From NCBI GenBank assembly GCA_964480235.1, contig CAYZQZ010000002.1, positions 1 to 44,552 on the forward strand: a DNA stretch of 44,552 bases, read 5' to 3'. Both the position numbers and the translations under genes were made by a program. Under the pieces are notes generated by a model. It worked only from the letters and a program-made list of their open reading frames with translations. It ran no database searches and was not told where the DNA came from. The DNA comes from an uncultured Reyranella sp. GTDB taxonomy: Bacteria > Pseudomonadota > Alphaproteobacteria > Reyranellales > Reyranellaceae. This document shows, in pieces, positions 9,880 through 19,566 of the stretch (positions within the stretch are counted from its first letter, which is position 1; each line of letters begins with the position of its first letter).

Positions 9880-10302
9880 ATGCCGCAGAGCCACGGTGTC
9901 GTCTGGATGGATTCCAAAGAAGCCCACGTCTTCCGCTTCGGTGCGGAGGATGTGAAAATGGAGCGTGTGAAGGCGCACAGTCCGTTCCGCAAGGTTCACC
10001 ACAAGGCAGGCGCGATTGGCGCAGGCCGCGCCGCCGCCGATCTCTCCTACTTCGACCATATCGCCGACGGTCTGCGCGGCACGCGGGAGTGGCTGCTGAC
10101 CGGACCGGCGCAGGCCAAGACCGACTTCGTGCGGCATATCGAAACCCACATGCCGCAGCTCAAGGCGAAGCTTGTCGGCGTGGAGCCGATGGATCACCCG
10201 ACCGACGCCGAACTGATCGCCCATGCTCGCCGCTACTTCAAGGCGGCCGACAAGATGCAGTCGAACTCGCCGACGCCGCCGGGTCAGGCCGTTTCGCCCT
10301 GA
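9880..10302 (+). CDS. 'Translational machinery protein' family (aeRF1 middle-domain-like fold)
   Basis: HGVVWMDSKEAHVF, HHKAGAIGAG, YFDHIA, LLTGPAQAK, VGVEPMDHPTD...ARRYF motifs recognised from the family; GAGGG SD. Confidence 0.8.
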   Translation: MPQSHGVVWMDSKEAHVFRFGAEDVKMERVKAHSPFRKVHHKAGAIGAGRAAADLSYFDHIADGLRGTREWLLTGPAQAKTDFVRHIETHMPQLKAKLVGVEPMDHPTDAELIAHARRYFKAADKMQSNSPTPPGQAVSP

Positions 10303-10308
10303 ATCGAA

Positions 10309-10334
10309 ACGGCCGCCCTCGAGAGAGCGGCCGT
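10309..10334. terminator. GC-rich hairpin downstream of 9880-10302
   Basis: ACGGCCGC...GCGGCCGT inverted repeat; only a weak U-tract. Confidence 0.45.
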
Positions 10335-10364
10335 CGACGGAATTGGAGGTCTCACTTCGCTCGG

Positions 10365-10397
10365 AACGAAAGGGGCGCCGCTTCAGGGGCGCCCCTT
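10365..10397 (-). terminator. Rho-independent terminator of the CHRD gene
   Basis: AAGGGGCGCC-loop-GGCGCCCCTT hairpin, continuing TCGTT on the minus strand, right after the stop at 10399. Confidence 0.65.
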
Positions 10398-10398
10398 G

Positions 10399-10842
10399 TC
10401 ACTTCTTCATCATCACCTGGCCGCGGATCTCTCCACCCTTGTTGGCCGCGGTGTGGATGTTGAAATACCACTTGCCGGCCTGCAGGTCGGCCGCTTGCGC
10501 GTCGGTCAGGGTTGCCTCGCCCTTGAGCTGATTGGGCGTGACTTCCTTAACCGGCACGACGACGCCGGCATTGCTCTTGGCATCGGCCGGGCCATGAAAA
10601 TGGGCCGCCACGGCCGCGCCCGAGAGTTCCTTGTACGTCACCGTGTAGGTGAGTTTCTTGGTTGCCGTGTCGTAGGTCGCGGTCAGCGTCCCGCTACCCT
10701 TGCCGTCAACCGGCGGCACCTCGGCGGCCGTGGTCAAAACAGCGGTATAGGTCTCGCTCGCGGCGAATGATGCGGGCGCCACAGCCAGCAACGCGACAAA
10801 ACTCAAGCCGGCGACAACGGAACGTAGTGCGATGGTCTTCAT
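10399..10842 (-). CDS. CHRD domain-containing exported protein
   Basis: Signal peptide, EVPP, AAHFHGPA, WYFNIHTAANKGGEIRGQ; GGAGGT SD. Confidence 0.95.
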   Translation of the reverse strand: MKTIALRSVVAGLSFVALLAVAPASFAASETYTAVLTTAAEVPPVDGKGSGTLTATYDTATKKLTYTVTYKELSGAAVAAHFHGPADAKSNAGVVVPVKEVTPNQLKGEATLTDAQAADLQAGKWYFNIHTAANKGGEIRGQVMMKK

Positions 10843-10979
10843 GATCGAGCACCTCCAGAGTGGTCCGGATGCCGGCGCGCAGGGTTGCGCGGGCAGGCGA
10901 TCATAGACCTCGCCGGGGGCCACAGGGCATTTCCCGATCAACTTGCCTTGATGGTCTCTCCTTGGTCACAACCCCAGAT

Positions 10980-12518
10980 CTAGCTGCCGGCGACGTCTCC
11001 GACCACCCTGACCCTCACGCGGACTGAATTACCGGGCAGATAGGCCAGCGGCATGTCCTCGCTTTCGATGGTGCTCAGGGTCTTGCGGTCGGCCCCGGCC
11101 GCAACAGCGCGGTCGTTGGCGATGCCCTGGGCCGCGGCAAGCGCTTCGTTGCGGGTCATGTCCTTGAATATCTGGTCGCATTCGCCAGAGACCTGCGCGA
11201 TCGCTGCCCCAACGGCATTGGCGCAGTCGCCATGTTGGACGTGAATCACCTTGGACACCCCCGCCAGCTTCTCGGGAATCAGGAAGGCGCCCCCGCCGAC
11301 GGCGATCAGTGGCACGTCACCCGCCTCGGTCTTCATGCGATCGATCGCCTCCTCCGAGAGGCGTGCGGCCTCGTCGAACACTTTCTTGCAGGTCGCGGCG
11401 TCGAGATGAGCCACCTTCGCCTTGTCCCCGAGCTTCAGCACGCCGGAGGCGATGGCCACGTCGGTGGTGGTCAGTTGCTTGCCGCCAAAGGCGATCCCGT
11501 CGCGCAGGAGGCGATAACCGACCGAAAGCGGCCCGACCTTGAGGGGGCTTAGTTCGACGTGGCTGCCTCCTCCCAGACCGATCGACAGCAGATCGGGCAT
11601 ACGGAACAGGGTGCGGACGCCACCCACCTTGACGACCGAGTTGGCCTCGCGCGGAAAGCCGTTCTTGAGTTGGCCGACGTCGGTGGTCGTGCCGCCAACA
11701 TCGATCACCATCGCGTCCGACAGCCCGGACAGATAGGCGGCCCCCCGCATCGAATTGGTGGCCCCCGAGGCGAAGGAATATACCGGCAGACGGCGCGCCT
11801 GGCCCGCCTCGACCACCGTGCCGTCATTCTGGGTGATGAACAGCGGCGCGGCGACACCCGAATCGCGGATCGCTTTCTCGAAGGCCGCGATCGTATCGCG
11901 TGACAATTCGGCGAGTGCGGCGTTCAGCAGACCGGCATTCTCGCGCTCGAGCAGGCCGATGCGGCCAAGATCGGACGAACAGGTGATGACGGCGTCCGGG
12001 ATCACCTCGGTCACCAATTCGGCAGCCCGCTTCTCATGTGTCGGATCGAGCGGCGAGAAGATCGCCGAAATCGCGACCGACTTCAGTCCTCTGGCCTTCA
12101 TCTCCACGGCAGCCCTGGTGACCGCCGCCTCGTCGAGCGGCATGAACAGGCGGCCGTCATACTCGTGGCCACCTTCGACCATCCACACGCCACCGCGCAC
12201 CAGATCGGCCAGATCCTCCGGCCAGTCGCAGAATGGCGGCAGCGAGGCGGAGGCCGGCATACCGAGCCTGAGCGCAGCAACCTTCGTCAGATGGCGGCGC
12301 TGCACGACAGCATTGATGAAGTGCGTCGTGCCGATCATCACGCCGTCGATCTTCTTCCCTGCAAGAATGCCGCTGGTGCCCAGCGCCTTCAGCGAATCGA
12401 GGATACCCGTCGTGACGTCCTCGCTGGTCGGGGCCTTGACTGCGCCCGCAACCTTGCCGTCCTCGATCAGGACGGCGTCGGTGTTCGTGCCGCCGACGTC
12501 GATGCCGATGCGTCTCAT
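10980..12518 (-). CDS. Hydantoinase/oxoprolinase family protein (HyuA-like, DUF917-associated type)
   Basis: IGIDVGGTNTD, IGTTHFINA, GLLERENA, SGATNSMRGA, IDVGGTTTD, ANAVGAA; ATGA-coupled to the upstream DUF917. Confidence 0.93.
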   Translation of the reverse strand: MRRIGIDVGGTNTDAVLIEDGKVAGAVKAPTSEDVTTGILDSLKALGTSGILAGKKIDGVMIGTTHFINAVVQRRHLTKVAALRLGMPASASLPPFCDWPEDLADLVRGGVWMVEGGHEYDGRLFMPLDEAAVTRAAVEMKARGLKSVAISAIFSPLDPTHEKRAAELVTEVIPDAVITCSSDLGRIGLLERENAGLLNAALAELSRDTIAAFEKAIRDSGVAAPLFITQNDGTVVEAGQARRLPVYSFASGATNSMRGAAYLSGLSDAMVIDVGGTTTDVGQLKNGFPREANSVVKVGGVRTLFRMPDLLSIGLGGGSHVELSPLKVGPLSVGYRLLRDGIAFGGKQLTTTDVAIASGVLKLGDKAKVAHLDAATCKKVFDEAARLSEEAIDRMKTEAGDVPLIAVGGGAFLIPEKLAGVSKVIHVQHGDCANAVGAAIAQVSGECDQIFKDMTRNEALAAAQGIANDRAVAAGADRKTLSTIESEDMPLAYLPGNSVRVRVRVVGDVAGS

Positions 12519-13597
12519 GGTGCAAATACGCTCCTGAAATCCAAGTCGTAACCGAATGCCCGCGGGCCGACATGGTCGAGGCCCTTGGGCGTGAGAAAGA
12601 CGTCCGGCGGCGGCAAGGCGATGATCGTCACCCTCTGGCCATAGCGCACCGTTTCGCTGCCGACCGCCTCGCCGGAAACCGTATCGAGGACGCAGATCAA
12701 GTCGGGTGTCATGGCGAGCGGCTTCTCGTCGCGATAGGCCACAATCCATTCGTTCTGGAAATTGATATGGGTGGACGTGCCGCGATACTCGTCGAGCCCG
12801 TCGAAACGCACGACCCCGCGCAAGTAGCCTTCAGTGACCCGGCGCGCCACGTCGAGCACCTTGCCCTTGAACAGAAGCTTTCCTGGTTCGACGGAGAGGA
12901 TCGCCGCAACCGGATCGTCATGGCGGCGCTGGGCAGCGCGTACCGCCGCACCAATGTTGATCGCCTTGGTCGTCGTGCCGTGGATGCCCCATTGCTTGAC
13001 CTCGGCGCCGGTGCGCGGCGGTTGACAGGTTGCCGCCACCGAGCCGTATTCGACGCAGATCTTGCGGGCCACGCGCTCCGTCCATTTCCAGGTCGGCACT
13101 CTGTGCACGATGCTCTCGAAGCCGCGCACATCGACCGCAGTCAGCGGATAGGGCGTGAGCCCGCCCACCGCGACCGACGTCATCTGCGCCTCGGGATAGG
13201 CACGGCCCATCGTGTCGCTGTCGACCACGGGGCACTTCAGGTGCGCCGCCGCCATGAAGGGTCGTACGCCGTTGGCGCCACCGATCTCCATGCTCATCAG
13301 CGCGCGGAATTTCCTGCCGAGATGCGCCTCCATCCGCGTCACGGCGCGCGCCAGGGTAAGACTGTCGGTAAGGCGCCCCTGGCCGACCAGCGGCGCTCCC
13401 ATGTTCGCAACCGTGCCGACCCAGTCGTCGTCCGCGAGGTCGGCCGAATCCATGAGCTCGACGCGATGACCCTCCTTGTAGAGCGCGCGCATGTTCAGGA
13501 GGGGCAGATAGGGATTGCCGCCGCCGCCCGTGCCGAGCACCCAGGCGCCGACCGCCAGCGACTCGATATCGTCGATCGAGAGTTCGCGCAGCTTCAT
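12515..13597 (-). CDS. DUF917 family protein, paralog 3 (thiohydantoin desulfurase-like family)
   Basis: LGTGGGG, MGAP, EIGGAN, DSDTMGRAYPE, FQNE, PDLI, HVGPRAFGY motifs. Confidence 0.9.
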   Translation of the reverse strand: MKLRELSIDDIESLAVGAWVLGTGGGGNPYLPLLNMRALYKEGHRVELMDSADLADDDWVGTVANMGAPLVGQGRLTDSLTLARAVTRMEAHLGRKFRALMSMEIGGANGVRPFMAAAHLKCPVVDSDTMGRAYPEAQMTSVAVGGLTPYPLTAVDVRGFESIVHRVPTWKWTERVARKICVEYGSVAATCQPPRTGAEVKQWGIHGTTTKAINIGAAVRAAQRRHDDPVAAILSVEPGKLLFKGKVLDVARRVTEGYLRGVVRFDGLDEYRGTSTHINFQNEWIVAYRDEKPLAMTPDLICVLDTVSGEAVGSETVRYGQRVTIIALPPPDVFLTPKGLDHVGPRAFGYDLDFRSVFAP

Positions 13598-14670
13598 GCG
13601 AAGACGCTCTTGAAATCGAGGTCGTAACCGAAAGCGCGCGGCCCGACATGATCGAGCCCGTTGGGCGTCAGATACACCGCGGGGGCCGGCAGGGCGATCA
13701 CGGTCACCCTCTGGCCATAGCGGATGGTCTCGCTGCCCACCGCCTCGCCCGATACCGAATCCAGCACGCAGATCAGGTCGGGCGACATCGCGAGCGGTTG
13801 GTCGTCGCACTCGGCCAGTATCCATTCATTCTGGAAGTTGATGGTGAGCGCCGAACCGCGGAAGTCGTCCATGCCGTCGAAGCGCACGGTTCCGCGCAGA
13901 TAGCCGCCGGTTGTCCGCCGGGCGACGTCAATCACTTTGCCCTTGTAGAGGAGCTTGCCGGGCTCAGCAGCGAGGATGGCCGCGACAGGGTCTTCGTGCC
14001 GACGCTGCGCCCCTCGCACCGCCTCGCCGATCGCGATCGCCTTGGTGGTGGTACCGTGAATGCCCCACTTCTTCACCTGGGCACCGGTCCGTCCCTTGCA
14101 GATGGTCGCGATCGAGCCGTACTCGATACAGATGTTGCGCGCCACACGCTCGGCCCACTTCCAGTTCGGCACCTTGTGAACGATCGACTCCAGGCCGCGA
14201 ACGTCGACCGTCGCCAACGAACCGGGCTCGACGCCGCCGATCGAAAACGAACTCATCTGCGCCTCGGGATAGGCGCGCCCCATCGGGTCGGCATCGACGA
14301 TCGGCCGCTTGAGAAGAGCAGCGGCCATCAACGGCCGCACGCCGTTGCCGCCGCCGATTTCGACGCTCATCAACGCCGAGAATTGTCGGCCAAGATGCTT
14401 TTCCATCAAGGCCACCGCCCGGGAAAGCGCGTGGCTGTCGGTCAGCCGCTCCTGCCCGACCAGCGGCGCGCCCATGCCGCCCGCCATGCCGACCCAGTCA
14501 TCGTCGGCAAGATCGGCCGGATCCATGAGTTCGACACGATGGCCCTCCTTGTAGAGGGCGCGCATATTCAGGAGAGGCAGATAGGGATTGCCCCCGCCGC
14601 CGGTCCCCAGGATCCATGTGCCCACGGCCAACGATTCGATGTCGTCGATGGTGAGCTCGCGCAACTTCAC
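13594..14670 (-). CDS. DUF917 family protein, paralog 2
   Basis: Same motif set (EIGGGN, DADPMGRAYPE); GTG start overlapping the upstream stop. Confidence 0.9.
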   Translation of the reverse strand: MKLRELTIDDIESLAVGTWILGTGGGGNPYLPLLNMRALYKEGHRVELMDPADLADDDWVGMAGGMGAPLVGQERLTDSHALSRAVALMEKHLGRQFSALMSVEIGGGNGVRPLMAAALLKRPIVDADPMGRAYPEAQMSSFSIGGVEPGSLATVDVRGLESIVHKVPNWKWAERVARNICIEYGSIATICKGRTGAQVKKWGIHGTTTKAIAIGEAVRGAQRRHEDPVAAILAAEPGKLLYKGKVIDVARRTTGGYLRGTVRFDGMDDFRGSALTINFQNEWILAECDDQPLAMSPDLICVLDSVSGEAVGSETIRYGQRVTVIALPAPAVYLTPNGLDHVGPRAFGYDLDFKSVFA

Positions 14671-15746
14671 GCAAACACGCTTCTGAATTCGATGTCATAG
14701 CCGAAGGCACGCGGGCCGACATGCTGGATGCCCTTGGGCGTCAGGAATACCGGCGGCGGCGGCAGCGCGATCACCGTAACGCGCTGGCCGTAGCGGATGG
14801 TCTCAGTACCAACGGCTTCCCCCGAGACGGAGTCGAGGACGCAGATGAGGTCCGGCGACATGGCGATCGGCTTGCCATCCAGCCAGGCCACGATCCATTC
14901 GTTCTGGAAATTGATCTCCAGGGCCGCACCCTTCCAGTCATCCATGCCGTCGAATCGGGTTCTGCCCCGTAAGAATCCCTCGGTGGCGCGGCGCTCGACG
15001 TCCTGAACCTTGCCCTTGAACAGGACCTTGCCCGGTTCGACCCGCAGGATTGCCGCGATGGGATCCTCATGCTTGCGCTGGGCCTCGCGTACGGCCGCGC
15101 CGATCGCGATCGCCTTGGTCGTGGTGCCGTGGATGCCCCACTTCTTGACCTCGGCGCCGGTACGAGGCGCCTTGCAGGTCGAGGCGATCGAGCCGTACTC
15201 GACACAAATCTTGCGGCTGACCCGTTCCATCCACTTCCAGGTCGGCACGCTCTCGACGATCGATTCCATGCCGCGCACGTCGACGGTACTGAGCGGGCAG
15301 GGCTTGAGATCGCCGACCGCGACCGAGGTCATCTGCGCCTCGGGATAGGCACGGCCCATCATGTCGCTGTCGATGACCGGGCGTTTCAAATGGGCCGCAG
15401 CCATCAATGGCTGGATCGAGTTCCCGCCCCCGATCTCGAGCGACATGATCCCTCGGAAGCGATGGCCGATATGCTCCTCCATCAGGGCGACAGCACGGGC
15501 GATGGTACGGCTGTCGGTCAGCCGCTCCTGCCCAACCAGCGGCGCGCCCATGTTGGAGACCGCCCCCACCCAGTCATCATCGGCGAGTTCCGAGGCAGGC
15601 ATGAGCTGGACGCGGTGTCCCTCCTTGTAGAGGGCGCGCATGTTGAGCAGGCCGAGATAGGGGCTACCGCCACCGCCGGTGCCCAGCACCCAGGCGCCGA
15701 CGGCCAGCGATTCGATGTCATTCAGTGTGATGTCGCGTAGCGGCAT
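14667..15746 (-). CDS. DUF917 family protein, paralog 1
   Basis: Same motif set (EIGGGNS, DSDMMGRAYPE); start MPLRDITL aligns with the starts of the other paralogs. Confidence 0.9.
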   Translation of the reverse strand: MPLRDITLNDIESLAVGAWVLGTGGGGSPYLGLLNMRALYKEGHRVQLMPASELADDDWVGAVSNMGAPLVGQERLTDSRTIARAVALMEEHIGHRFRGIMSLEIGGGNSIQPLMAAAHLKRPVIDSDMMGRAYPEAQMTSVAVGDLKPCPLSTVDVRGMESIVESVPTWKWMERVSRKICVEYGSIASTCKAPRTGAEVKKWGIHGTTTKAIAIGAAVREAQRKHEDPIAAILRVEPGKVLFKGKVQDVERRATEGFLRGRTRFDGMDDWKGAALEINFQNEWIVAWLDGKPIAMSPDLICVLDSVSGEAVGTETIRYGQRVTVIALPPPPVFLTPKGIQHVGPRAFGYDIEFRSVFA

Positions 15747-15831
15747 TGCGTTGCCAAGTCTCCCCGCGGCTTCTATGTAGCCGCCTGCATCAGTCATGAC
15801 AAAGGACCAGTAACCGGGGAGTAACTGAGCA

Positions 15832-16404
15832 ATGTCCGAGCCAATCAAACTCGTCGCCTTTTGTGGTAGCCTGCGCAAGGGCTCGCTCAACCGCATGGCG
15901 TTGAATGCCTTCATCGAACGCGTGCCGGCCGACACCACCGTGCAGACGATCGAGATCGGCGACTGGCCGCTCTATAATGCCGACGTTCAGGCACAAGGCT
16001 TCCCGGACAAGGTCCAAGCGGCGCAAAAGGCGATGTTGGCGGCTGACGGTGTCGTCTTCGTGACACCGGAGTACAACTACGGCATCTCCGGCGTCCTCAA
16101 GAACGCGATCGACTGGCTCTCGCGCATGCAGCCGCAACCCTTCGCTGCCAAACCGACGGCGATGCTTGGCGCCTCGGGCGGCATTCTCGGCACGGCACGC
16201 GCGCAGTATCAGCTTCGCCAGACCCTGGTGTTCCTCGATGCCCGGCCGGTCAACAAGCCGGAAGTCATGATCGGCCAGGCGACCGCGAAGTTCTCGCCCG
16301 AGGGCAAGTTGATCGACGAGGCCGTGGGCAAGTTCCTCACCGATCTGGGCGCCGCACTCGGCCTCGCGATCCGACAGGCCAAGGCTGCCGCTTCGGTCAA
16401 ATAG
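15832..16404 (+). CDS. NADPH-dependent FMN reductase (ChrR/SsuE-like)
   Basis: CGSLRKGSLN, VTPEYNYG, LKNAIDWLSR, GTARAQYQLRQ motifs. Confidence 0.95.
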   Translation: MSEPIKLVAFCGSLRKGSLNRMALNAFIERVPADTTVQTIEIGDWPLYNADVQAQGFPDKVQAAQKAMLAADGVVFVTPEYNYGISGVLKNAIDWLSRMQPQPFAAKPTAMLGASGGILGTARAQYQLRQTLVFLDARPVNKPEVMIGQATAKFSPEGKLIDEAVGKFLTDLGAALGLAIRQAKAAASVK

Positions 16405-16413
16405 GACCGCCGG

Positions 16414-16728
16414 TCACTTCGACTTGAGGCTGAGAATATAGGCGGCCAGATCGTTCTGGTCGCGCGCGCCGAGTTCGAAGTCCGGCATCCGGCTGTGAAG
16501 GGCGGTCATCGCGCCCTTCAGCGTGACGTCAGTCATACCTGCACGATTGGCCAATGCCGGGAATGTCGGCAAGCCGTCGGAACGCGCCATCGCCGGTTCA
16601 CGGTCGACGACATGGCAATTCGAGCACCAGCGGTCAGCGAGTGCCTTGCCGCGCGCGACGTCCTGAGCGTGCGCCGGGACCATCGTCGCCGTCAGCAGGC
16701 AAGCAAGGGAAAGCCACGATGCCTTCAT
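16414..16728 (-). CDS. Small monoheme cytochrome c
   Basis: Signal peptide, CSNCH heme motif, HSRMP Met-ligand region; GGAGGG SD. Confidence 0.88.
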   Translation of the reverse strand: MKASWLSLACLLTATMVPAHAQDVARGKALADRWCSNCHVVDREPAMARSDGLPTFPALANRAGMTDVTLKGAMTALHSRMPDFELGARDQNDLAAYILSLKSK

Positions 16729-16781
16729 CAGCCCTCCGGAAACAAGATGAAGAAACATGGGCTGCTGTCGACCCGCCGGCG

Positions 16782-16795
16782 TTGATCTAGCGCAA
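16782..16795. promoter_or_regulatory. FixK2/FNR-type box upstream of the cytochrome c gene
   Basis: TTGATCTAGCGCAA fits TTG(A/C)-N6-(T/G)CAA, about 55 bp upstream of the ATG at 16728. Confidence 0.7.
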
Positions 16796-16823
16796 TCTGC
16801 GACCGGGCCAAAAGGGGATGCCC

Positions 16824-17495
16824 CTACTCCAGCATTTCCCGCATCACGCGACCGGTTGCAGTAATGGCGAGCAACGCCGGCACCCCGAGCGCCGGCTTCA
16901 CCCACTCCTTGGTCATGGGCGTATAGCTCATGCAGTCCATGGCGACGAGATCGGGCTTCCGTGCTGCCAGCCGACGCGCCGCCGCGTCGGCCTCGCCGGC
17001 GTCGGCGCTGGGCGCGAGCGCCTCGGCAACAACCTCCAGCCCCGGCCGCGCCCACTTCGCTGACAGTTTAGCTGCCTGTTCGGCCAGCGGAATCAGCAGG
17101 CCGAGCCGACCGCGCGGCAGCAGTCCGGTCGCCAGCCCGTTCAGCACCCGCGAAGGAAACAGCACATTCTCGTCGCCAGGCATCTCAGGGAACTCGCCCG
17201 TGCAGGCATAAACCAGCACCTCGCAGCCGTCGTCGCGCAGCTTCTGCAGCGCCTGCGGCGATCGCTCGATCACCGCCCGCTTGGAGATCTTCACATCACG
17301 TCCGCCACGCAGCTTCGTGTACAAGGTGTCGGCGCCGTCCGTCGGCTTTGCGCGATCGATCTCGGCATCGGACAGGCCGTCCAGAGCACCGCGCAGGATC
17401 ACCCTGGTGCCCGCAGGCGCATGCTCGGCGAATAATGCGGCGATATCATCGCGGGGCGCCTGGCCGATGGTCACAACTCCCAGGGTGCGGGACAC
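16824..17495 (-). CDS. AroM family protein
   Basis: VTIGQAPRDD, GALDGL, LYTKLRGG, CTGEFP and MDCMSY motifs (Asp/Glu racemase-like two-Cys fold). Confidence 0.88.
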   Translation of the reverse strand: MSRTLGVVTIGQAPRDDIAALFAEHAPAGTRVILRGALDGLSDAEIDRAKPTDGADTLYTKLRGGRDVKISKRAVIERSPQALQKLRDDGCEVLVYACTGEFPEMPGDENVLFPSRVLNGLATGLLPRGRLGLLIPLAEQAAKLSAKWARPGLEVVAEALAPSADAGEADAAARRLAARKPDLVAMDCMSYTPMTKEWVKPALGVPALLAITATGRVMREMLE

Positions 17496-17498
17496 GGA

Positions 17499-18479
17499 TC
17501 AGCCCTCCAGTATGACGGCATCGCCGTCGTTCCAATGCAACCCTACCGCATCGCCAGGCTGCAGATCCGATCGCGCCTCGACGTGGGTTTCGCGAGCCAA
17601 CACGATGCGCCCGTCCTCGCCACGTATCTTGTAGAGCGTGGAACCGCCCAGGAAGTTGGCGGTCTCGATCCTTCCAGCCAGGCGCGCCCTGGCGACGGGC
17701 ACCAGACGGATCTTCTCCGGCCGCAGCGCGCTAACCCTGCCGCCATCGTCGAGCACGTTGATCTCGCCGATGAAATCGGCGACGAACCGCGTGCGCGGGC
17801 TTTCGTAGATCTCGGTGGGTGTGCCAACCTGCTCGACCCGACCCTTGTTCATGACGGCAATGCGGTCGCTCATCGCCAGTGCCTCTTCCTGGTCGTGGGT
17901 CACGAATACCAAGGTGACGCCGAGGCGCTTCTGCAGGTCCTTCAGCTCGAACTGCATCTGCTGACGCAGCTTGCGATCGAGCGCACCCAAAGGCTCGTCG
18001 CACAGCAGCACGCGTGGCTCGACGACAAGGGCGCGGGCGAGCGCCACCCTCTGCTGCTGCCCGCCGGAGAGTTGTCCCGGCTTGCGCGCCTCCAGTCCGG
18101 TCAGGGCGACCTGCGCCAGCGCCGCCGCGACCCGCCGGTCGATGTCGGCCTTAGGGACATCGCGCATGCGCAGGCCGAAGGCCACGTTCTCGGCCACCGT
18201 GCGGTGCGGAAACAGCGCATAGGACTGGAACACCATGCCCATGTCGCGCCGGTGAACGGGGACATCGGTGATGTCCTCGCCGCCGACATGAACGCGGCCG
18301 GAGTCGGGCATCTCGAAGCCTGCGATCATGCGCAGGCTTGTCGTCTTGCCGCACCCTGACGGGCCCAGCAGAGCGAAGAATTCGCCTGCCGCGATGTCGA
18401 GCGTGACGCCATCGACGGCCACGACACGGCCGTCGAACGTCTTGCTTACATGGTCGAGTCTAATGGCAGCGGAAGTCAG
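17499..18479 (-). CDS. ABC transporter ATP-binding protein (PotA-like), probable CTG start
   Basis: Walker [24 protein letters not shown]; frame stays open upstream of 18422 through [13 protein letters not shown] to a CTG at 18479. Confidence 0.9.
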   Translation of the reverse strand: MTSAAIRLDHVSKTFDGRVVAVDGVTLDIAAGEFFALLGPSGCGKTTSLRMIAGFEMPDSGRVHVGGEDITDVPVHRRDMGMVFQSYALFPHRTVAENVAFGLRMRDVPKADIDRRVAAALAQVALTGLEARKPGQLSGGQQQRVALARALVVEPRVLLCDEPLGALDRKLRQQMQFELKDLQKRLGVTLVFVTHDQEEALAMSDRIAVMNKGRVEQVGTPTEIYESPRTRFVADFIGEINVLDDGGRVSALRPEKIRLVPVARARLAGRIETANFLGGSTLYKIRGEDGRIVLARETHVEARSDLQPGDAVGLHWNDGDAVILEG

Positions 18480-18483
18480 CGCA

Positions 18484-19542
18484 TCAACCTTTCAGCATCT
18501 TAGTGACGCGCGCATCGATGTCTTCCTTGCGCGCGTTGTACCATTTCCAGTCGGGCTGGATCAGCGTTGCAACCTTGGCCGGCGTCGTGAGCAACTTGGC
18601 GTCGTATTGGGCGTCCAGCTTCACCTTCTTGTTGGCTGGCGAGTACCACACGGCCTCGGCCAGCACCTTTTGAACGTCGGGCCGCAACATGTAGTCGACA
18701 TAGGCGAACGCCAGTTCCTTGACCTTCGAGCCCGGCGTCACGTTCAGCACCTGCTCGAGCGCCATCACGCCCTCGGCCGGGCCAACGAAGTCGAGCGGCT
18801 GCTTCTGGTCGTTGTAGCGATAGATACCGGAATCGTGGATCACGCCCATCGATACCTCGCCCGACAGCAGCATCTTTTCCATCTGGCCGGTGAAATCGAC
18901 CAGCTTGATCGGCTTGAGCTGTTCCAGCGCCTTGTAGGCGGCGTCGAGATCCTGCAGGCCCTTGCCGTAGATCTTGCCCAGCATCATCAGGTGGCACTGG
19001 CCGAGGCTGTTGACCGGAATGATGTAGCTGCCGCGCGCACCGGCGAGCTTGGGATCGGCGAGGTCCTTCCATGACTTGGGCGCAGTCAGGCCCTTGTCGG
19101 TGCGATAGCCGAGGCCAATTGCACTGGTGAAAATCGATACACCGACGATCTTGTCGCTCACAGCGTATTCGTAAACGTCGGCGACGTTGGGCACTTCCTT
19201 GGCGGTGATCTTGGACATCACCAGGCCTTCGCCGACGGCATTCCATTGCTCGTTGGAGTTGGTGTGAAACACATCGTAAAGCGGATCGTTCTTGCCGCTT
19301 GCCTGCAGCTTGGGCAGGAACGGAAAGGACTGATCGGCCGAGACCGTGCACTTGAATTCCTTCTCGAAGGCCGGCAGCACCGTGGCCTTCATGATGTCGC
19401 CCCACTTGCCGCCCCAGGTCGTGATCTTGAGCGTCCTGGTCTGGGCATGAAGAATCGCGGGCGCGCCGAACGCGGCGGCAGCAGCAAGGCCGGCACCGCA
19501 CCGCAAGGCTTTACGGCGTGAAATCGTCAAACGTGGAATCAT
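18484..19542 (-). CDS. ABC transporter substrate-binding protein (PotD/PotF-like), Tat signal
   Basis: SRRKAL signal, TTWGGKW, PKSWKDL; GGAGG SD. Confidence 0.9.
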   Translation of the reverse strand: MIPRLTISRRKALRCGAGLAAAAAFGAPAILHAQTRTLKITTWGGKWGDIMKATVLPAFEKEFKCTVSADQSFPFLPKLQASGKNDPLYDVFHTNSNEQWNAVGEGLVMSKITAKEVPNVADVYEYAVSDKIVGVSIFTSAIGLGYRTDKGLTAPKSWKDLADPKLAGARGSYIIPVNSLGQCHLMMLGKIYGKGLQDLDAAYKALEQLKPIKLVDFTGQMEKMLLSGEVSMGVIHDSGIYRYNDQKQPLDFVGPAEGVMALEQVLNVTPGSKVKELAFAYVDYMLRPDVQKVLAEAVWYSPANKKVKLDAQYDAKLLTTPAKVATLIQPDWKWYNARKEDIDARVTKMLKG

Positions 19543-19566
19543 GGTCAACCCCCTCCTGTTGTTCCC

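Noticed and set aside
10937-10952. ATCAA-N6-TTGAT upstream of the CHRD gene as an FNR box
   Set aside because: Half-sites are in the reverse order with the wrong spacing.
12519-12749. N-terminal extensions in the ORF track for the hydantoinase (to 12749) and DUF917 copy 3 (to 13825), which resemble each other
   Set aside because: They are alternate-frame readings of the paralogous DUF917 3' ends; true starts are the ATGA overlaps at 12518 and 13597.
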